Shown piece by piece: positions 31,115 to 42,294 of a stretch of DNA of 54,656 nucleotides. The notes below the pieces were generated by a model. That model worked only from the letters and a program-made list of their open reading frames with translations, was not told the origin of the DNA and made no database searches. The DNA lies in NCBI GenBank assembly GCA_964344785.1, contig CAYFOR010000004.1:1-54656 (forward strand), read 5' to 3'. The first letter of the stretch is position 1. Each line of letters starts with the position of its first letter. This stretch comes from an uncultured Piscirickettsiaceae bacterium. Its GTDB lineage: Bacteria > Pseudomonadota > Gammaproteobacteria > GCF-002020875. The translations under genes were made by a program, and so were the position numbers.

Positions 31115-33021
31115 TGAAACAAACCTACACGCACGCCATATCATTTCTATTCTCGCTACTGCTATCCACTTCTGTTCTTGCCGAACTGCCTGATCCGCTT
31201 CAGGAGCTGGGTGGAATGATGAACTCTTTCGGCCTGATGGACAGCGATGAACCGCTTCATCCGGACGAGGCCTTTGTCTTCACTCACCAGGAACCGACGG
31301 AAGACTCCATTCGGCTCCAGTGGGACATTGCCGACGACCACTACCTCTACCGCAACAAGTTCAAATTCCACCTCAGTGACGCCCAGAATCTCTCTCTTGG
31401 CTCTCCCACGCTGCCACCCGGCGAGATGAAGGAGGACCAGTTTTTTGGAACACTGGAGGTCTACCACAACGTAAAAACCATTGACCTGCCGCTGATCCGC
31501 CCAACCAGTGAGGCATCCAGTGGAACACTGCGAGTCATCTATCAGGGGTGTGCAGAACGGGGCATCTGTTACCCTCCAATCACCAAGCGTGTCACCCTCA
31601 ATCTGCCTGCCTATACACCGAAACCAACACAAGTATCGACAGCGGCAGCCGAGTCGGCATCCACTCCTGAGTCAAAGTCACAAGCAGTTGCTGATCAGTC
31701 CACGCCTGCACTGAGTGAACAGGACCAGATTGCAGCCTCTCTCAGCAGTGGGAATACCCTGCTGACCCTGCTCAGCTTTTTCGGCTTTGGACTGCTGCTG
31801 GCCTTTACACCCTGCATCTTCCCGATGATCCCGATCCTCTCCGGCATCATCGTAGGGCAAGGTGAAGACATTACCACCCGCAAGGCTTTTGTGATGTCAC
31901 TGGTATACGTACTGGCGATGGCTGTCGCCTACACCTTTGCAGGGGTTATGGCTGGCCTGTTTGGTGAAAATCTGCAGGCTGCATTCCAGAATCCGTGGAT
32001 TCTGGGCACATTCAGCCTGATCTTCGTCCTGCTGGCGCTATCGATGTTCGGCTTCTACGAACTGCAGATGCCTGCCAGCATCCAGGGCAAACTGGCGGAG
32101 GTAAGCAACCGTCAAAAAGGAGGATCACTGACCGGTGTGGCTATCATGGGATTGCTTTCGGCACTGATTGTCGGCCCCTGCGTTGCTGCACCATTGGCCG
32201 GTGCATTGATCTACATCGGCCAGACCGGTGATGCCGTGCTGGGCGGCATGGCACTGTTTGCCCTGAGCCTCGGCATGGGAATTCCATTGATCGCAATCGG
32301 TACTTCGGCCGGCAAGTTGCTACCCAGGGCTGGTGGCTGGATGGATGCGGTCAAGGCATTCTTTGGTGTACTGCTGCTGGCCGTAGCGGTATGGATGCTG
32401 GAACGCATCATTCCATTCTCCATCACCATGTTGCTATGGGCCGCCCTGCTGATCATCCCGGCCGTCTACATGGGTGCCCTTGACCCTCTCCCCAGCCCAA
32501 GTAGTGGCTGGAAAAAGCTATGGAAAGGTGTCGGGCTTTTGATGCTGATCTATGGCACACTGCTGATCATCGGTGTCGCCTCAGGGGGCAAGGAGCTGTT
32601 TCAGCCACTCAAGGGGCTGTCTGCCGGAGGCGGCAATCCATCCGCACAATCCCAACATCTTACCTTCCGGCAGATCAAGGGGGTCGATGGCCTGGAACAG
32701 GCCCTGACCCAAGCCAAAGCCAACAATCAACCACTGTTTCTGGACTTCTACGCCGACTGGTGCATCTCCTGCAAGGAGTTTGAGGCACTCACCTTTACCG
32801 ATCCGGCTGTTCAGCAAGCCCTGGCACCGGCAATGCTGATTCAGGCAGACGTAACGGCCAACGATGATGCCGATCAGGCGTTGATGAAGAAACTGGGCAT
32901 CTTCGGCCCTCCGGCGCTGCTCTTTTTCGACCGCAATGGTGAGGAGGTCAAATCGGCCCGTCTGGTACAATTCATGGCAGCAAAACCCTTTACTGAACAT
33001 GTTCGCAATGCACTGAAATGA
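31111..33021 (+). CDS. dsbD: Thiol:disulfide interchange protein DsbD
   Basis: YQGCAERGICYPP, FTPCIFPMIPI, GPCVAAPL, FYADWCISC. Confidence 0.97.
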   Translation: MMKQTYTHAISFLFSLLLSTSVLAELPDPLQELGGMMNSFGLMDSDEPLHPDEAFVFTHQEPTEDSIRLQWDIADDHYLYRNKFKFHLSDAQNLSLGSPTLPPGEMKEDQFFGTLEVYHNVKTIDLPLIRPTSEASSGTLRVIYQGCAERGICYPPITKRVTLNLPAYTPKPTQVSTAAAESASTPESKSQAVADQSTPALSEQDQIAASLSSGNTLLTLLSFFGFGLLLAFTPCIFPMIPILSGIIVGQGEDITTRKAFVMSLVYVLAMAVAYTFAGVMAGLFGENLQAAFQNPWILGTFSLIFVLLALSMFGFYELQMPASIQGKLAEVSNRQKGGSLTGVAIMGLLSALIVGPCVAAPLAGALIYIGQTGDAVLGGMALFALSLGMGIPLIAIGTSAGKLLPRAGGWMDAVKAFFGVLLLAVAVWMLERIIPFSITMLLWAALLIIPAVYMGALDPLPSPSSGWKKLWKGVGLLMLIYGTLLIIGVASGGKELFQPLKGLSAGGGNPSAQSQHLTFRQIKGVDGLEQALTQAKANNQPLFLDFYADWCISCKEFEALTFTDPAVQQALAPAMLIQADVTANDDADQALMKKLGIFGPPALLFFDRNGEEVKSARLVQFMAAKPFTEHVRNALK

Positions 33022-33512
33022 AACTCCTGACTCGACTGATACCATTTCTGACCCTACTGTTCTACGCAGCCGCTGCCTTCCCCTATCCGGCAGGCGGAGA
33101 CCGACTGCCCCAGCAGGCACTCTACGATCTGGATGGAGTTTCACACAACCTCAACGAATGGCAGGGGGAGGTAGTGATCCTCAACTTCTGGGCCACCTGG
33201 TGCCCACCTTGTCTGCGGGAGATTCCAGCTTTTATCTCGATGCAGCAGGAACTGGACGACCAGAAGGTGCAGTTTGTCGGGATCGCCATCGATGATGCAG
33301 ATGCTGTGGCGGACTTTGCCGAACAAAAGCAGATCAACTACCCCACCTTACTCGGGGAACAGAGTGGACTGGAACTCTCTGTCAAGCTCGGCAACAAACA
33401 CTTTGTACTCCCATACACCGCAATCTTTGACCGCACCGGCAAGTTGATCTCTACCCACCGTGGCGAACTGACCCGAGCGGAAATCCTCAAGGTCATTACC
33501 CCACTTTTGTAG
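33018..33512 (+). CDS. TlpA/ResA-like thiol-disulfide oxidoreductase
   Basis: NFWATWCPPCLREIP; signal peptide. Confidence 0.92.
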   Translation: MKLLTRLIPFLTLLFYAAAAFPYPAGGDRLPQQALYDLDGVSHNLNEWQGEVVILNFWATWCPPCLREIPAFISMQQELDDQKVQFVGIAIDDADAVADFAEQKQINYPTLLGEQSGLELSVKLGNKHFVLPYTAIFDRTGKLISTHRGELTRAEILKVITPLL

Positions 33513-33649
33513 CCATTAGCTCTCTTATTGAATCGATCTACCTCAAACAGGAACGAAACAGTAAAAAACTGACCAGATCGTAGACATTTCTTCCAATCTG
33601 CGACAAAATACCCGCCATCTGAAAACAGTAATGGGGATATTTGCCAAAG

Positions 33650-34099
33650 ATGGCTACACTATTGGTTCTAAACGGCCCCAATCTCAACCTGCTGGGCAAA
33701 CGTGAACCGAACCACTACGGTGCAGACTCTCTGGAGACCATCCTGCAACGACTACAGCAACAAGCGGCAGACTACGGTCATCAACTTCACCACCTCCAGA
33801 GCAATGCAGAATCCGCACTGATTGACCGCATCCACCAGGCCGCTGATGAAGAGGTGGCGTTCATCATCATCAACCCTGCCGCATTGACGCACACCAGTGT
33901 CGCCATACGGGACGCCCTGCTGGGCGTCAAAATCCCCTTTATCGAGGTTCACCTCTCCAATACCTACCGGCGTGAACCATTCAGACACCACTCCTACCTC
34001 TCCGATATTGCCCATGGTGTCATTGTCGGCCTGGGTGCACAGGGATATTCACTGGCACTTGAGGCGGCACAGCACCATCTGACCGACAAACAAGGATAA
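33650..34099 (+). CDS. aroQ: Type II 3-dehydroquinate dehydratase
   Basis: [30 protein letters not shown]. Confidence 0.97.
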   Translation: MATLLVLNGPNLNLLGKREPNHYGADSLETILQRLQQQAADYGHQLHHLQSNAESALIDRIHQAADEEVAFIIINPAALTHTSVAIRDALLGVKIPFIEVHLSNTYRREPFRHHSYLSDIAHGVIVGLGAQGYSLALEAAQHHLTDKQG

Positions 34100-34104
34100 T
34101 TGCC

Positions 34105-34551
34105 ATGGATATTCGCAAAGTAAAAAAGCTGATTGAGCTACTGGAAGAGTCCGGCATCGCCGAAATCGAGATCCACGAAGGGGATGATGCCGTTCGTATC
34201 AGCCGATACGGGCAGGCCGCTCCTGTCGCCGCACCACCCCCTGTTGCCGTTGCGCCAGTAGCCGTCGCAGCCGAGCCCGCTGTTGAGAGCGTGGCAGTAC
34301 CACCTGCAAGTTTCAACGGGCACGAGGTGAAGTCACCCATGGTCGGCACCTTCTACCGCTCACCCTCTCCCGGCGCAAAGCCATTTGTTGAAATTGGTGA
34401 TACCGTCGCGATTGGAGACACACTCTGCATCATCGAGGCGATGAAGATCCTCAACCCGATTGAGGCTGATGCTTCCGGCACGGTCAGAGCCATTCTGGTC
34501 AACAATGCCGAGGCCGTCGAGTTTGAACAACCGCTCTTTGTAATCGAGTAG
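34105..34551 (+). CDS. accB: Acetyl-CoA carboxylase biotin carboxyl carrier protein
   Basis: [24 protein letters not shown]. Confidence 0.98.
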   Translation: MDIRKVKKLIELLEESGIAEIEIHEGDDAVRISRYGQAAPVAAPPPVAVAPVAVAAEPAVESVAVPPASFNGHEVKSPMVGTFYRSPSPGAKPFVEIGDTVAIGDTLCIIEAMKILNPIEADASGTVRAILVNNAEAVEFEQPLFVIE

Positions 34552-34559
34552 AAACCATC

Positions 34560-35900
34560 ATGTTGGATAAGATTGTAATTGCCAATCGTGGCGAGATCGC
34601 TCTACGCATTCTGCGCGCCTGTAAAGAGCTGGGCATCAAGACCGTAGCGGTCCACTCCACTGCCGACCACAGCCAGAAGCATGTCCGCCTGGCTGACGAA
34701 TCGGTCTGCATCGGCCCCCCTCCTTCCACCGAAAGCTATCTGAACATTCCGGCCATCATCAGTGCCGCCGAGGTGACCGATGCAATGGGCATCCACCCCG
34801 GCTACGGTTTCCTCTCCGAGAATGCCGACTTTGCCGAACGGGTCGAACAGAGCGGCTTTCGCTTCATCGGCCCCAAGGCCGACACCATCCGCATGATGGG
34901 GGACAAGGTCGAGGCGATCAAGGCAATGAAGGCATCCGGTGTCCCGACCGTACCAGGCTCGAATGGCCCTCTGGGCAACAATGATGAGACCAACCTGCGT
35001 CTTGGCCGGGAGATTGGATACCCGGTCATCATCAAGGCGGCCGGCGGGGGTGGCGGAAGAGGGATGCGCGTCGTCCACAGTGAGGCCACCCTGCTGCAGG
35101 CAATCACCATGACCCGCACCGAAGCGGCCTCCGCCTTCAACAACGACATGGTCTACATGGAGAAATTCCTGGAGAACCCCCGCCATGTGGAGATCCAGGT
35201 ACTGGCGGATGAGCATGGCCATGCCGTCCACCTTGCCGAACGTGACTGCTCCATGCAGCGCCGCCATCAGAAAGTGGTGGAAGAGGCACCCGCTCCCGGA
35301 ATCACCAAATCACTGCGTTCCGAAATCGGCGAGCGCTGCGCCAAGGCATGTCAGGAGATCGGCTATATCGGTGCCGGAACCTTCGAATTTCTGTATGAGG
35401 ACGGGGAGTTCTACTTTATCGAGATGAACACCCGTATCCAGGTGGAACACCCGGTCACCGAAATGATTACCGGTGTCGATATCGTGCGTGAACAGATTCG
35501 TATCGCCTCAGGCGAGCCACTCGCCTACAAACAGAAGGACATCAAGATCCGTGGCCACGCCATTGAGTGCCGGATCAACGCCGAGGATGCTCGTACCTTT
35601 ATCCCGTCACCCGGCAAGATCACCACCTACCACGCCCCAGGCGGCATTGGCGTTCGGGTTGATTCACACCTCTACACCGGCTACAGCGTCCCTCCGCACT
35701 ACGACTCCATGATCGGCAAGCTGATCAGCTATGGTGAGAACCGGGAGACAGCCATCGCACGAATGCGTACCGCCCTCGATGAGTTGGTGATTGAGGGCAT
35801 CCGCAACAACATCGATCTCCACCGTGATATCGTACGAGATGCCAACTTTGTCACAGGCGGAACCAACATCCACTATCTGGAAAAGAAACTGGATCTGTAG
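34560..35900 (+). CDS. accC: Biotin carboxylase
   Basis: [30 protein letters not shown]. Confidence 0.99.
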   Translation: MLDKIVIANRGEIALRILRACKELGIKTVAVHSTADHSQKHVRLADESVCIGPPPSTESYLNIPAIISAAEVTDAMGIHPGYGFLSENADFAERVEQSGFRFIGPKADTIRMMGDKVEAIKAMKASGVPTVPGSNGPLGNNDETNLRLGREIGYPVIIKAAGGGGGRGMRVVHSEATLLQAITMTRTEAASAFNNDMVYMEKFLENPRHVEIQVLADEHGHAVHLAERDCSMQRRHQKVVEEAPAPGITKSLRSEIGERCAKACQEIGYIGAGTFEFLYEDGEFYFIEMNTRIQVEHPVTEMITGVDIVREQIRIASGEPLAYKQKDIKIRGHAIECRINAEDARTFIPSPGKITTYHAPGGIGVRVDSHLYTGYSVPPHYDSMIGKLISYGENRETAIARMRTALDELVIEGIRNNIDLHRDIVRDANFVTGGTNIHYLEKKLDL

Positions 35901-35911
35901 CACACCGACGC

Positions 35912-36799
35912 ATGCCTTGGTTTCAGGTCCGCTTCACCAGCCCGCAAGATACCGCAGAGGCCTATTCCGACCTGCTGATGGAGCTGGGAGCCGTTTCGGT
36001 CACCTACGAAGACGGCGCCGATCAACCCCTGCTCGAACCTGCACCCGGTGAGACCCCGCTGTGGGATCGAATTGATGTAGTCGGCCTGTTTGACGCCGAA
36101 CTCCCGCAGCAGTGGGTAGCGCAGCAATTGCGTGAGCAGCTCCCCCAATCCATTACCTCATCGGTAACCATTACCGAACTGGAGGAGCGGGATTGGGTTC
36201 GAGCCTGGATGGATGATTTCCACCCGATGCACTTCGGCCAGAGGCTCTGGATCATCCCCTCCTGGAGTGAACCTGTCGACCCCAATGACATCAATATCCT
36301 GCTTGACCCCGGTCTCGCCTTTGGTAGCGGCACACACCCCACCACCGCACTCTGCCTGGAATGGCTGGACAGTCACCCACCCGAACAGAACACCGTGATC
36401 GACTACGGCTGCGGCTCCGGTATTCTGGCTATTGCGGCAGCCAGACTTGGGGCATCACACATCTACGCCATCGACAACGATCCCCAGGCACTGATCGCCA
36501 CCAGAGACAATGCCACAAAGAACGGGGTCGAACAGATCAAACCACTCTTACCCGAGGAATTTGACGGCCAGAAAGAGACCGAGCTGCTATTGGCCAACAT
36601 CCTGTCGGGACCACTGGAACAGCTTGCACCCAGGTTTGCCGCACTTGTCTCCCGCTCAGGGACCATCGTCCTCTCCGGCATCCTCTCTGAACAGTCCGAG
36701 GGGCTCATACAGATCTATTCACAATGGTTCCGAATGGAGCCCCCTGAATATCGGGAAGAGTGGTGCAGACTGGTTGGACAGAGAAACGGGGCGCCTTGA
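35912..36799 (+). CDS. prmA: Ribosomal protein L11 methyltransferase
   Basis: LDPGLAFGSGTHPTT, DYGCGSGILAI, ANIL. Confidence 0.97.
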   Translation: MPWFQVRFTSPQDTAEAYSDLLMELGAVSVTYEDGADQPLLEPAPGETPLWDRIDVVGLFDAELPQQWVAQQLREQLPQSITSSVTITELEERDWVRAWMDDFHPMHFGQRLWIIPSWSEPVDPNDINILLDPGLAFGSGTHPTTALCLEWLDSHPPEQNTVIDYGCGSGILAIAAARLGASHIYAIDNDPQALIATRDNATKNGVEQIKPLLPEEFDGQKETELLLANILSGPLEQLAPRFAALVSRSGTIVLSGILSEQSEGLIQIYSQWFRMEPPEYREEWCRLVGQRNGAP

Positions 36800-36900
36800 C
36801 CACCCACTGAATTTGCCACAAAAGCGGGTAATAATCCGTTGCGTTCTATACTACAATCCCGGCTGTTACCAATCACCAACTGATCCATCCGGAGAAGCCC

Positions 36901-37137
36901 ATGTCACAACCTGTCAGCCCACAAATGGCCCCTTACGCTGTTGAGGTAAAAGCAGGAGAGACCTACTACTGGTGCTCCTGCGGAAAGAGTGCGGAACAAC
37001 CATTCTGCGACGGTTCCCACCAGGGAAGCAACTTTCAGCCGATAGCCTATACGGCCGATAGTGACGGCACCGTCCATTTCTGCGGGTGCAAGAAATCGGC
37101 GAACGGTGCACTCTGCGACGGCAGCCACAACAGCTGA
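36901..37137 (+). CDS. Double CDGSH iron-sulfur protein
   Basis: WCSCGKS..QPFCDGSH and FCGCKKS...LCDGSH. Confidence 0.95.
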   Translation: MSQPVSPQMAPYAVEVKAGETYYWCSCGKSAEQPFCDGSHQGSNFQPIAYTADSDGTVHFCGCKKSANGALCDGSHNS

Positions 37138-37146
37138 GCCATCCCG

Positions 37147-38130
37147 ATGAGCACAAAACCAAAAACCGGCGTACTGGTCACCAATCTCGGCACACCGGAT
37201 GAGGCCACACCGGCTGCGCTTCGGCGTTATCTGGCCGAATTCCTCTGGGACCACCGGGTGGTCGATGTCGCCCGTATTCCATGGTGGCTGATCCTGCACG
37301 GAATCATCCTGCGGGTCCGCCCCGCCAAGGTTGCCAGGGCTTACCAAAAAGTATGGACCGACCAGGGTGGCCCACTGCTAATCATCTCCCGACAGCAGTG
37401 TGAGGCCCTCAATAGCAGACTGAATGAAGAGACCGGACAGAATGTGCCCATCACACTGGGAATGCGTTATGGTAACCCCTCCATCGCCTCTGCACTTGAA
37501 CAGTTGAAAGCGGAAGGCGTCAACCGAATTATCGTACTCCCCCTCTATCCACAGTATTCAGCCGCCACAACCGGCTCGACATTCGATGCCGTCTCCAGGG
37601 TACTTCAGGGCTGGCGAGCCATTCCGGAACTGAACTTCATCAGCCACTACCACGACCATCCCGCCTATCTCGATGCACTGGCCAGCTCGGTTCGGGACAG
37701 TTGGGATGAGCGAGGGTCCGCACAGCAACTCCTCCTCTCCTTCCACGGACTACCCCAACGCTACCACGACCTGGGAGACCCCTATCGTGATCAGTGCGAA
37801 GCAACCACAAAAGGAGTCATTGAGCGTCTGGGACTGGAACCCGACCAATATCAGATGGTCTTTCAGTCACGCTTTGGCCGTGAGGAGTGGCTCAAGCCAT
37901 ATACTGACGAGACACTGGAGGCCCTACCAATGCGAGAGGGCATCCAGTCGGTTGATTTGATCTGCCCGGGGTTCTCTGCAGATTGCGTAGAGACACTGGA
38001 AGAGATCGCCATTCAGAATCGTGAACTGTTTACCCAGTCCGGAGGGATGCAATTCAACTATATTCCTGCCCTCAATGACCGGGACGACCATATTGAGGCA
38101 CTGACCCAAATCGTGATGGAGCGTTGGTAG
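37147..38130 (+). CDS. hemH: Ferrochelatase
   Basis: NLGTP, MRYGNP, LPLYPQYS, SFHGLP, FQSRFG, DCVETLEEI. Confidence 0.97.
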   Translation: MSTKPKTGVLVTNLGTPDEATPAALRRYLAEFLWDHRVVDVARIPWWLILHGIILRVRPAKVARAYQKVWTDQGGPLLIISRQQCEALNSRLNEETGQNVPITLGMRYGNPSIASALEQLKAEGVNRIIVLPLYPQYSAATTGSTFDAVSRVLQGWRAIPELNFISHYHDHPAYLDALASSVRDSWDERGSAQQLLLSFHGLPQRYHDLGDPYRDQCEATTKGVIERLGLEPDQYQMVFQSRFGREEWLKPYTDETLEALPMREGIQSVDLICPGFSADCVETLEEIAIQNRELFTQSGGMQFNYIPALNDRDDHIEALTQIVMERW

Positions 38131-38174
38131 CCGGATGGCAGAACCACAGCAGGAGAGCACCTGCTCAAACCAGA

Positions 38175-38381
38175 ATGATGATTAAACAGAAACGGCTACT
38201 CGGCTTTCTGTAAGTAGTGATCGTCTTCGCACTCTTACTCTCTCACCGGCACTGGACGCGAGAAAAGCAGTTTGAGATAGAGCAGATCAAACATTCTGTT
38301 CATGAGCCACCAACTGCCAGAGTTGTTGACGAAACTCCCAGAAAAATACCGTCATCCAAAACTATCAACAGTACCACTTAA
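38175..38381 (+). pseudogene. Possible remnant of a membrane-anchored protein
   Basis: MMIKQKRLLGFL*VVIVFALLLSH...: TM-like N-terminus interrupted by TAA, next to the tRNA-Leu 3' end. Confidence 0.25.
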
Positions 38382-38408
38382 TGGGTGTTCTCGTTTGCAT
38401 ATAGTAAA

Positions 38409-38495
38409 TGGTGCCCGGAGCCGGGGTCGAACCGGCACGATGTTTCCATCGAGGGATTTTAAGTCCCTTGCGTCTACCAATTTCGCCACCCGGGC
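38409..38495 (-). tRNA. tRNA-Leu(TAA)
   Basis: GCCCGGGTGGCGAAATTGGTAGACGC..AGGGA-CTTAAAA-TCCCT, long variable arm, GTTCGA, CCA end. Confidence 0.97.
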
Positions 38496-38704
38496 ACAAA
38501 CGCCTGATTGTAACATCTGATCAGGTACAACATGGCAACTCGTCATCTGAAATGGATACCGGATATCAACATGCCCCACAATAGGCAGGAGTCTGTATCT
38601 TTGATATTTCCGGCTGGTATGTGCAAGCAGGGAAAGTGGCGGCTGATCAGCCCTGAACTACCACCAAGCCTTGGCAGTGATCGTGTAAGCCGGCACACGA
38701 TGTA

Positions 38705-40927
38705 TCATACGCACAGGGTCAGGATGATCACTGGCCTGTCGCCATCCGGGCTCAACTCTTCAGTGATGGAGGCCGTCAGCTGTACCTGATGATACACGCC
38801 ATCATCCGCCATCATCTCTGTCTGACCACTCCAGAGCGTTTCAGCCTTATCCATAAGGCTGTGATTGATTTCAGTCAGCGTTTTCAATTGGGATAGATAG
38901 TGTGATATCTGGTTATTATCCTGTTTCAATTGGTGGATACCCAGCAGTTGGCGTGCAGCCCGATTGACCTGCTCGATCTTTCCCCGCTCTGTCATCAGCA
39001 ATGTTGCCACCGGAGAATGCTCGAACATCTTCTGATACTGCCTGACCTGTTTCATCTGCTGCTGCTCATGCTCCAGCAACTGCTGACTCTGCATCTCCAA
39101 TGCAACCTCATGGATTTGCAGCTCTTCCAGAAGCGCCGCCCGGCCCATCTCCTCATGACCCACGGCCCGCTCTTCTTTCTGAATCACCTGAATTGCCGCC
39201 CGACGAAGACTGCCCAGTCGATCATCATCCGGTATCTCATGCACATGCAGTGGTTTCAAATAGCGATCAATCAGCCCGAGCAAGACATCACGATCGATGG
39301 GCTTTGACAGAAAGCCATCGCACCCCGCCTCCTCAAATGCCTTCCGATGTGCCTCCATCACATTGGCAGTCAATGCAATAATGGGGGTCGGACTCCCGGC
39401 CTGCTTGATTAATCGGGTTGCCTCCAGACCATCCATGACCGGCATTTGCATATCCATCAGAATCAGGTCGAATGTTTCATTTGCACTCATCTCGATGCCT
39501 TCCTGACCATTCTCTGCAATCGAGACACTCAACCCGTTTCTCTCCAGCATCCGCTTGACCAGTAACTGTATTGCCAAGGTGTCCTCAACGACCAGCACAT
39601 GACCGGAATATAGCCCGTCATGTATGGTCGTATCCCGGCTTTCAGGTTCCACGATCTCTTCCGGTTCATCAGTGGGCCGATAGGGTAACTGCAATATAAA
39701 GGTAGAGCCTTCCCCATATGTACTATGAGCACTCAGCGAACCTCCCATCAACTCAGCAAGATTTTGTGAGATAAACAGTCCCAATCCTGTTCCACCGAAT
39801 CGTCGACTGATCGAACCGTCCTCCTGCTCGAAGCGTTTGAAGAGCCTCTCCATGTTTTCCGGTTTGATACCGATGCCGGTATCCGTCACCGAAAACTGCA
39901 ACTGCCCATACACCACATCCGTTGTCAGCGTCACACTTCCCTTCTCGGTAAACTTGGTCGCATTACCAATCAGATTGACCAGCACCTGCATGACTCTGAG
40001 GCTGTCCCCCCACAACAACATCTCCTCTTTATACTTCTGCTCAACAATAAAGGTGAGACCGATATCCCGTACTCTCACCTCAAACATCTTCCGAATATCG
40101 GTCAGCAGTTTCGACAGTGAGAACGGTGCATCATTGACTGTGAATTTTCCTGCCTCAATCTTGGACATATCGAGGATATCATTGACCAGCGCCAGCTGAT
40201 TTTCACCTGCCGAACGGATCGCCTGCATATATGCACGCTGTTCAGGGGAGGACGGCTCATCAAGCAATAGCTCGCTATACCCGAGAATGGAGGCAAGCGG
40301 TGTTCGCAACTCATGGCTCATGGTTGCAAGAAACTCGTCCTTTATCTTCTGTGCAGCCTGTAACTCCTCCACCTTTTTCTGCAACTCACGATCCAGCGGC
40401 TGCAACACAATGTTATGGGTTGATCTCCACACAACATACGCAATCAGCAGCAAGAAAATGAGCAGAACCGCCAGTGCCTTCAACTGAGAGTGCTGTATCT
40501 GCAACTGATTACCATGATCGTCAACTTCAATCTCGAGGGTAAACAGAAAATCCCCCAGAAAATTGATCTTCTGTCGGTAGGCCTGCAGGTCGCTACCCTC
40601 TTCACGGTCACCGCCACGCTGGAAATCTACCAGCACAAAACCATTTTCTGTCGTCAGCTTCAGGCTGTGGATATCTCGATGGTCCCAAGACCAGCGGGTC
40701 AATCCCTCCTCAACCCCTTCGAAGTTTCCCTTCAAATAGTCGGACCGAGCGATATCACCCAACAACAAAATCTCCCGCTGATAATAGCGGGTATTCGCGT
40801 CTTCCAGCAGAGTCCCGACCCACTGACCGCTGATCCACAACATCCCAAGCAGCATCAGGGAGATCAGGGAAAGCACCCTTTTGAACAGTCTATGTCGCCA
40901 CTGATTCGTTGAAACCGGTGGTTGCAC
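38705..40927 (-). CDS. Membrane hybrid kinase HisKA-HATPase-REC with C-terminal PAS-like domain
   Basis: Two TMs, MSHELRTPL, GGTGLGL, ILMDMQMP, then LLEELQIHEVALEMQ linker and MFEHSPVA..G.IEQVN. Confidence 0.9.
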   Translation of the reverse strand: MQPPVSTNQWRHRLFKRVLSLISLMLLGMLWISGQWVGTLLEDANTRYYQREILLLGDIARSDYLKGNFEGVEEGLTRWSWDHRDIHSLKLTTENGFVLVDFQRGGDREEGSDLQAYRQKINFLGDFLFTLEIEVDDHGNQLQIQHSQLKALAVLLIFLLLIAYVVWRSTHNIVLQPLDRELQKKVEELQAAQKIKDEFLATMSHELRTPLASILGYSELLLDEPSSPEQRAYMQAIRSAGENQLALVNDILDMSKIEAGKFTVNDAPFSLSKLLTDIRKMFEVRVRDIGLTFIVEQKYKEEMLLWGDSLRVMQVLVNLIGNATKFTEKGSVTLTTDVVYGQLQFSVTDTGIGIKPENMERLFKRFEQEDGSISRRFGGTGLGLFISQNLAELMGGSLSAHSTYGEGSTFILQLPYRPTDEPEEIVEPESRDTTIHDGLYSGHVLVVEDTLAIQLLVKRMLERNGLSVSIAENGQEGIEMSANETFDLILMDMQMPVMDGLEATRLIKQAGSPTPIIALTANVMEAHRKAFEEAGCDGFLSKPIDRDVLLGLIDRYLKPLHVHEIPDDDRLGSLRRAAIQVIQKEERAVGHEEMGRAALLEELQIHEVALEMQSQQLLEHEQQQMKQVRQYQKMFEHSPVATLLMTERGKIEQVNRAARQLLGIHQLKQDNNQISHYLSQLKTLTEINHSLMDKAETLWSGQTEMMADDGVYHQVQLTASITEELSPDGDRPVIILTLCV

Positions 40928-41775
40928 TATTCAGAATTCACCCGACCAAGAATAGAAGAGAGTTCGTCATAATCATGACGACGTGCAGGTACCAACGAGG
41001 TGGCTGTCTTTTTGATTGCACGCAGAATCTGTTGCTCTTCTGGAGTCATCCCCTTCAGCTTCAAAAGATACCTCTTTATCATGTCCCGCTCTGACGGTGA
41101 CAAAGCACTGGATGCAACAAAAACGTGCTCAGGAATCTTTCGGGTCCATAACAGTGCCCGTAATCCACGATTACGGTACTTCTCATAGACCTCTTCTTTC
41201 ACCGCACCCGCGTCAAATCTACCCGCCAGTACCGATAGCGCCACATTCCTGTGGCTGCCCACAAACTGATATTCCCCAAGCTGATCAACACTTACCCCCC
41301 GTTCTTCCATCTCGTAACGAGGCACAATATGGCTCATCGTCGACTTGACGGAGCCGAAGGCAAATCTCTTGTCCACCAGATCCTTAACCCCCTGGATGCT
41401 GCTGCCCCCTCTAGTCACAATGGCACCGGAAAAAAATGGTTTGCCTCGCGCAGCCAGCTTTGCCAATGGCACTACCTGGTCGTGACCCGGACCCAGTGAT
41501 GCATAGAGTGCCGGCCCCATATAAGCCAACTCCACATTGCCCTCAACCACTTCATCGATCAACTGCTCATAGCTGGAGGCAATAAAGATATCAATCTCCC
41601 GCCCTGTAATCTGCTCAAGATAACTGACCAACGGCTCAAACCGCTCTATCAGGTCAAGTGCGGGCAAATAGGGGTGAATACCAAACTTCCAGGGCTCCAC
41701 TGCAAATGACTCAACAGGCATCAGCACCAGATAACCGATCAACAGCGCTACGATCTTTTTCGACTTAACAATCAT
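40927..41775 (-). CDS. PhnD-like periplasmic solute-binding protein
   Basis: FGIHPY, LAYMGP, FAFGSVKSTMSH.VP, SHRNVALSVLAG.FDAG; stop overlaps the kinase start. Confidence 0.88.
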   Translation of the reverse strand: MIVKSKKIVALLIGYLVLMPVESFAVEPWKFGIHPYLPALDLIERFEPLVSYLEQITGREIDIFIASSYEQLIDEVVEGNVELAYMGPALYASLGPGHDQVVPLAKLAARGKPFFSGAIVTRGGSSIQGVKDLVDKRFAFGSVKSTMSHIVPRYEMEERGVSVDQLGEYQFVGSHRNVALSVLAGRFDAGAVKEEVYEKYRNRGLRALLWTRKIPEHVFVASSALSPSERDMIKRYLLKLKGMTPEEQQILRAIKKTATSLVPARRHDYDELSSILGRVNSE

Positions 41776-42294
41776 AGTTGGCGAAACTGATATAAATTTC
41801 CTGGATTATGTTCACACCTCCAGCAACAGGCACAGAGGCATCCCCTTCAAGACGCGATTTGGAAACCTCACCAAAAAGCCGTGCCTGCCTGCCGAGAAGA
41901 CTCCCTCGCTCCACTCTACTATAGCTGCGCTCGACAGTATATCCAATATTCAGGCGACACAAGATAAGGATACAGAGGGCCAGTTCACATATTGTTATAT
42001 AGACAACAACCAATCAGCAACATGGTTGCACATCATGCGCCCAACCATGCTGATGGGGTCGAAACACACATTTCAACCTACGTCTCCAAATCATACATAC
42101 CGATACTGCTTGTTTCGAAACAAGTGGCATCTGCTGTACTAAGCCCCCCCCGATAGAGGTGATCGACAATCACAGCCGGGAGCGCGCACTGGAAGAAAAA
42201 ACACTGACCAAGGATGCTGGCAGACTACGACTTTACCTGATCAACAGCGCAATCATTGACACCGAAAAAACGCATATAAACGGGAATTTGCAGC

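Noticed and set aside
42013..42054. Bulged inverted repeat as a possible integron attC site
   Set aside because: No flanking RYYYAAC/GTTRRRY core pair, single copy, no integron integrase
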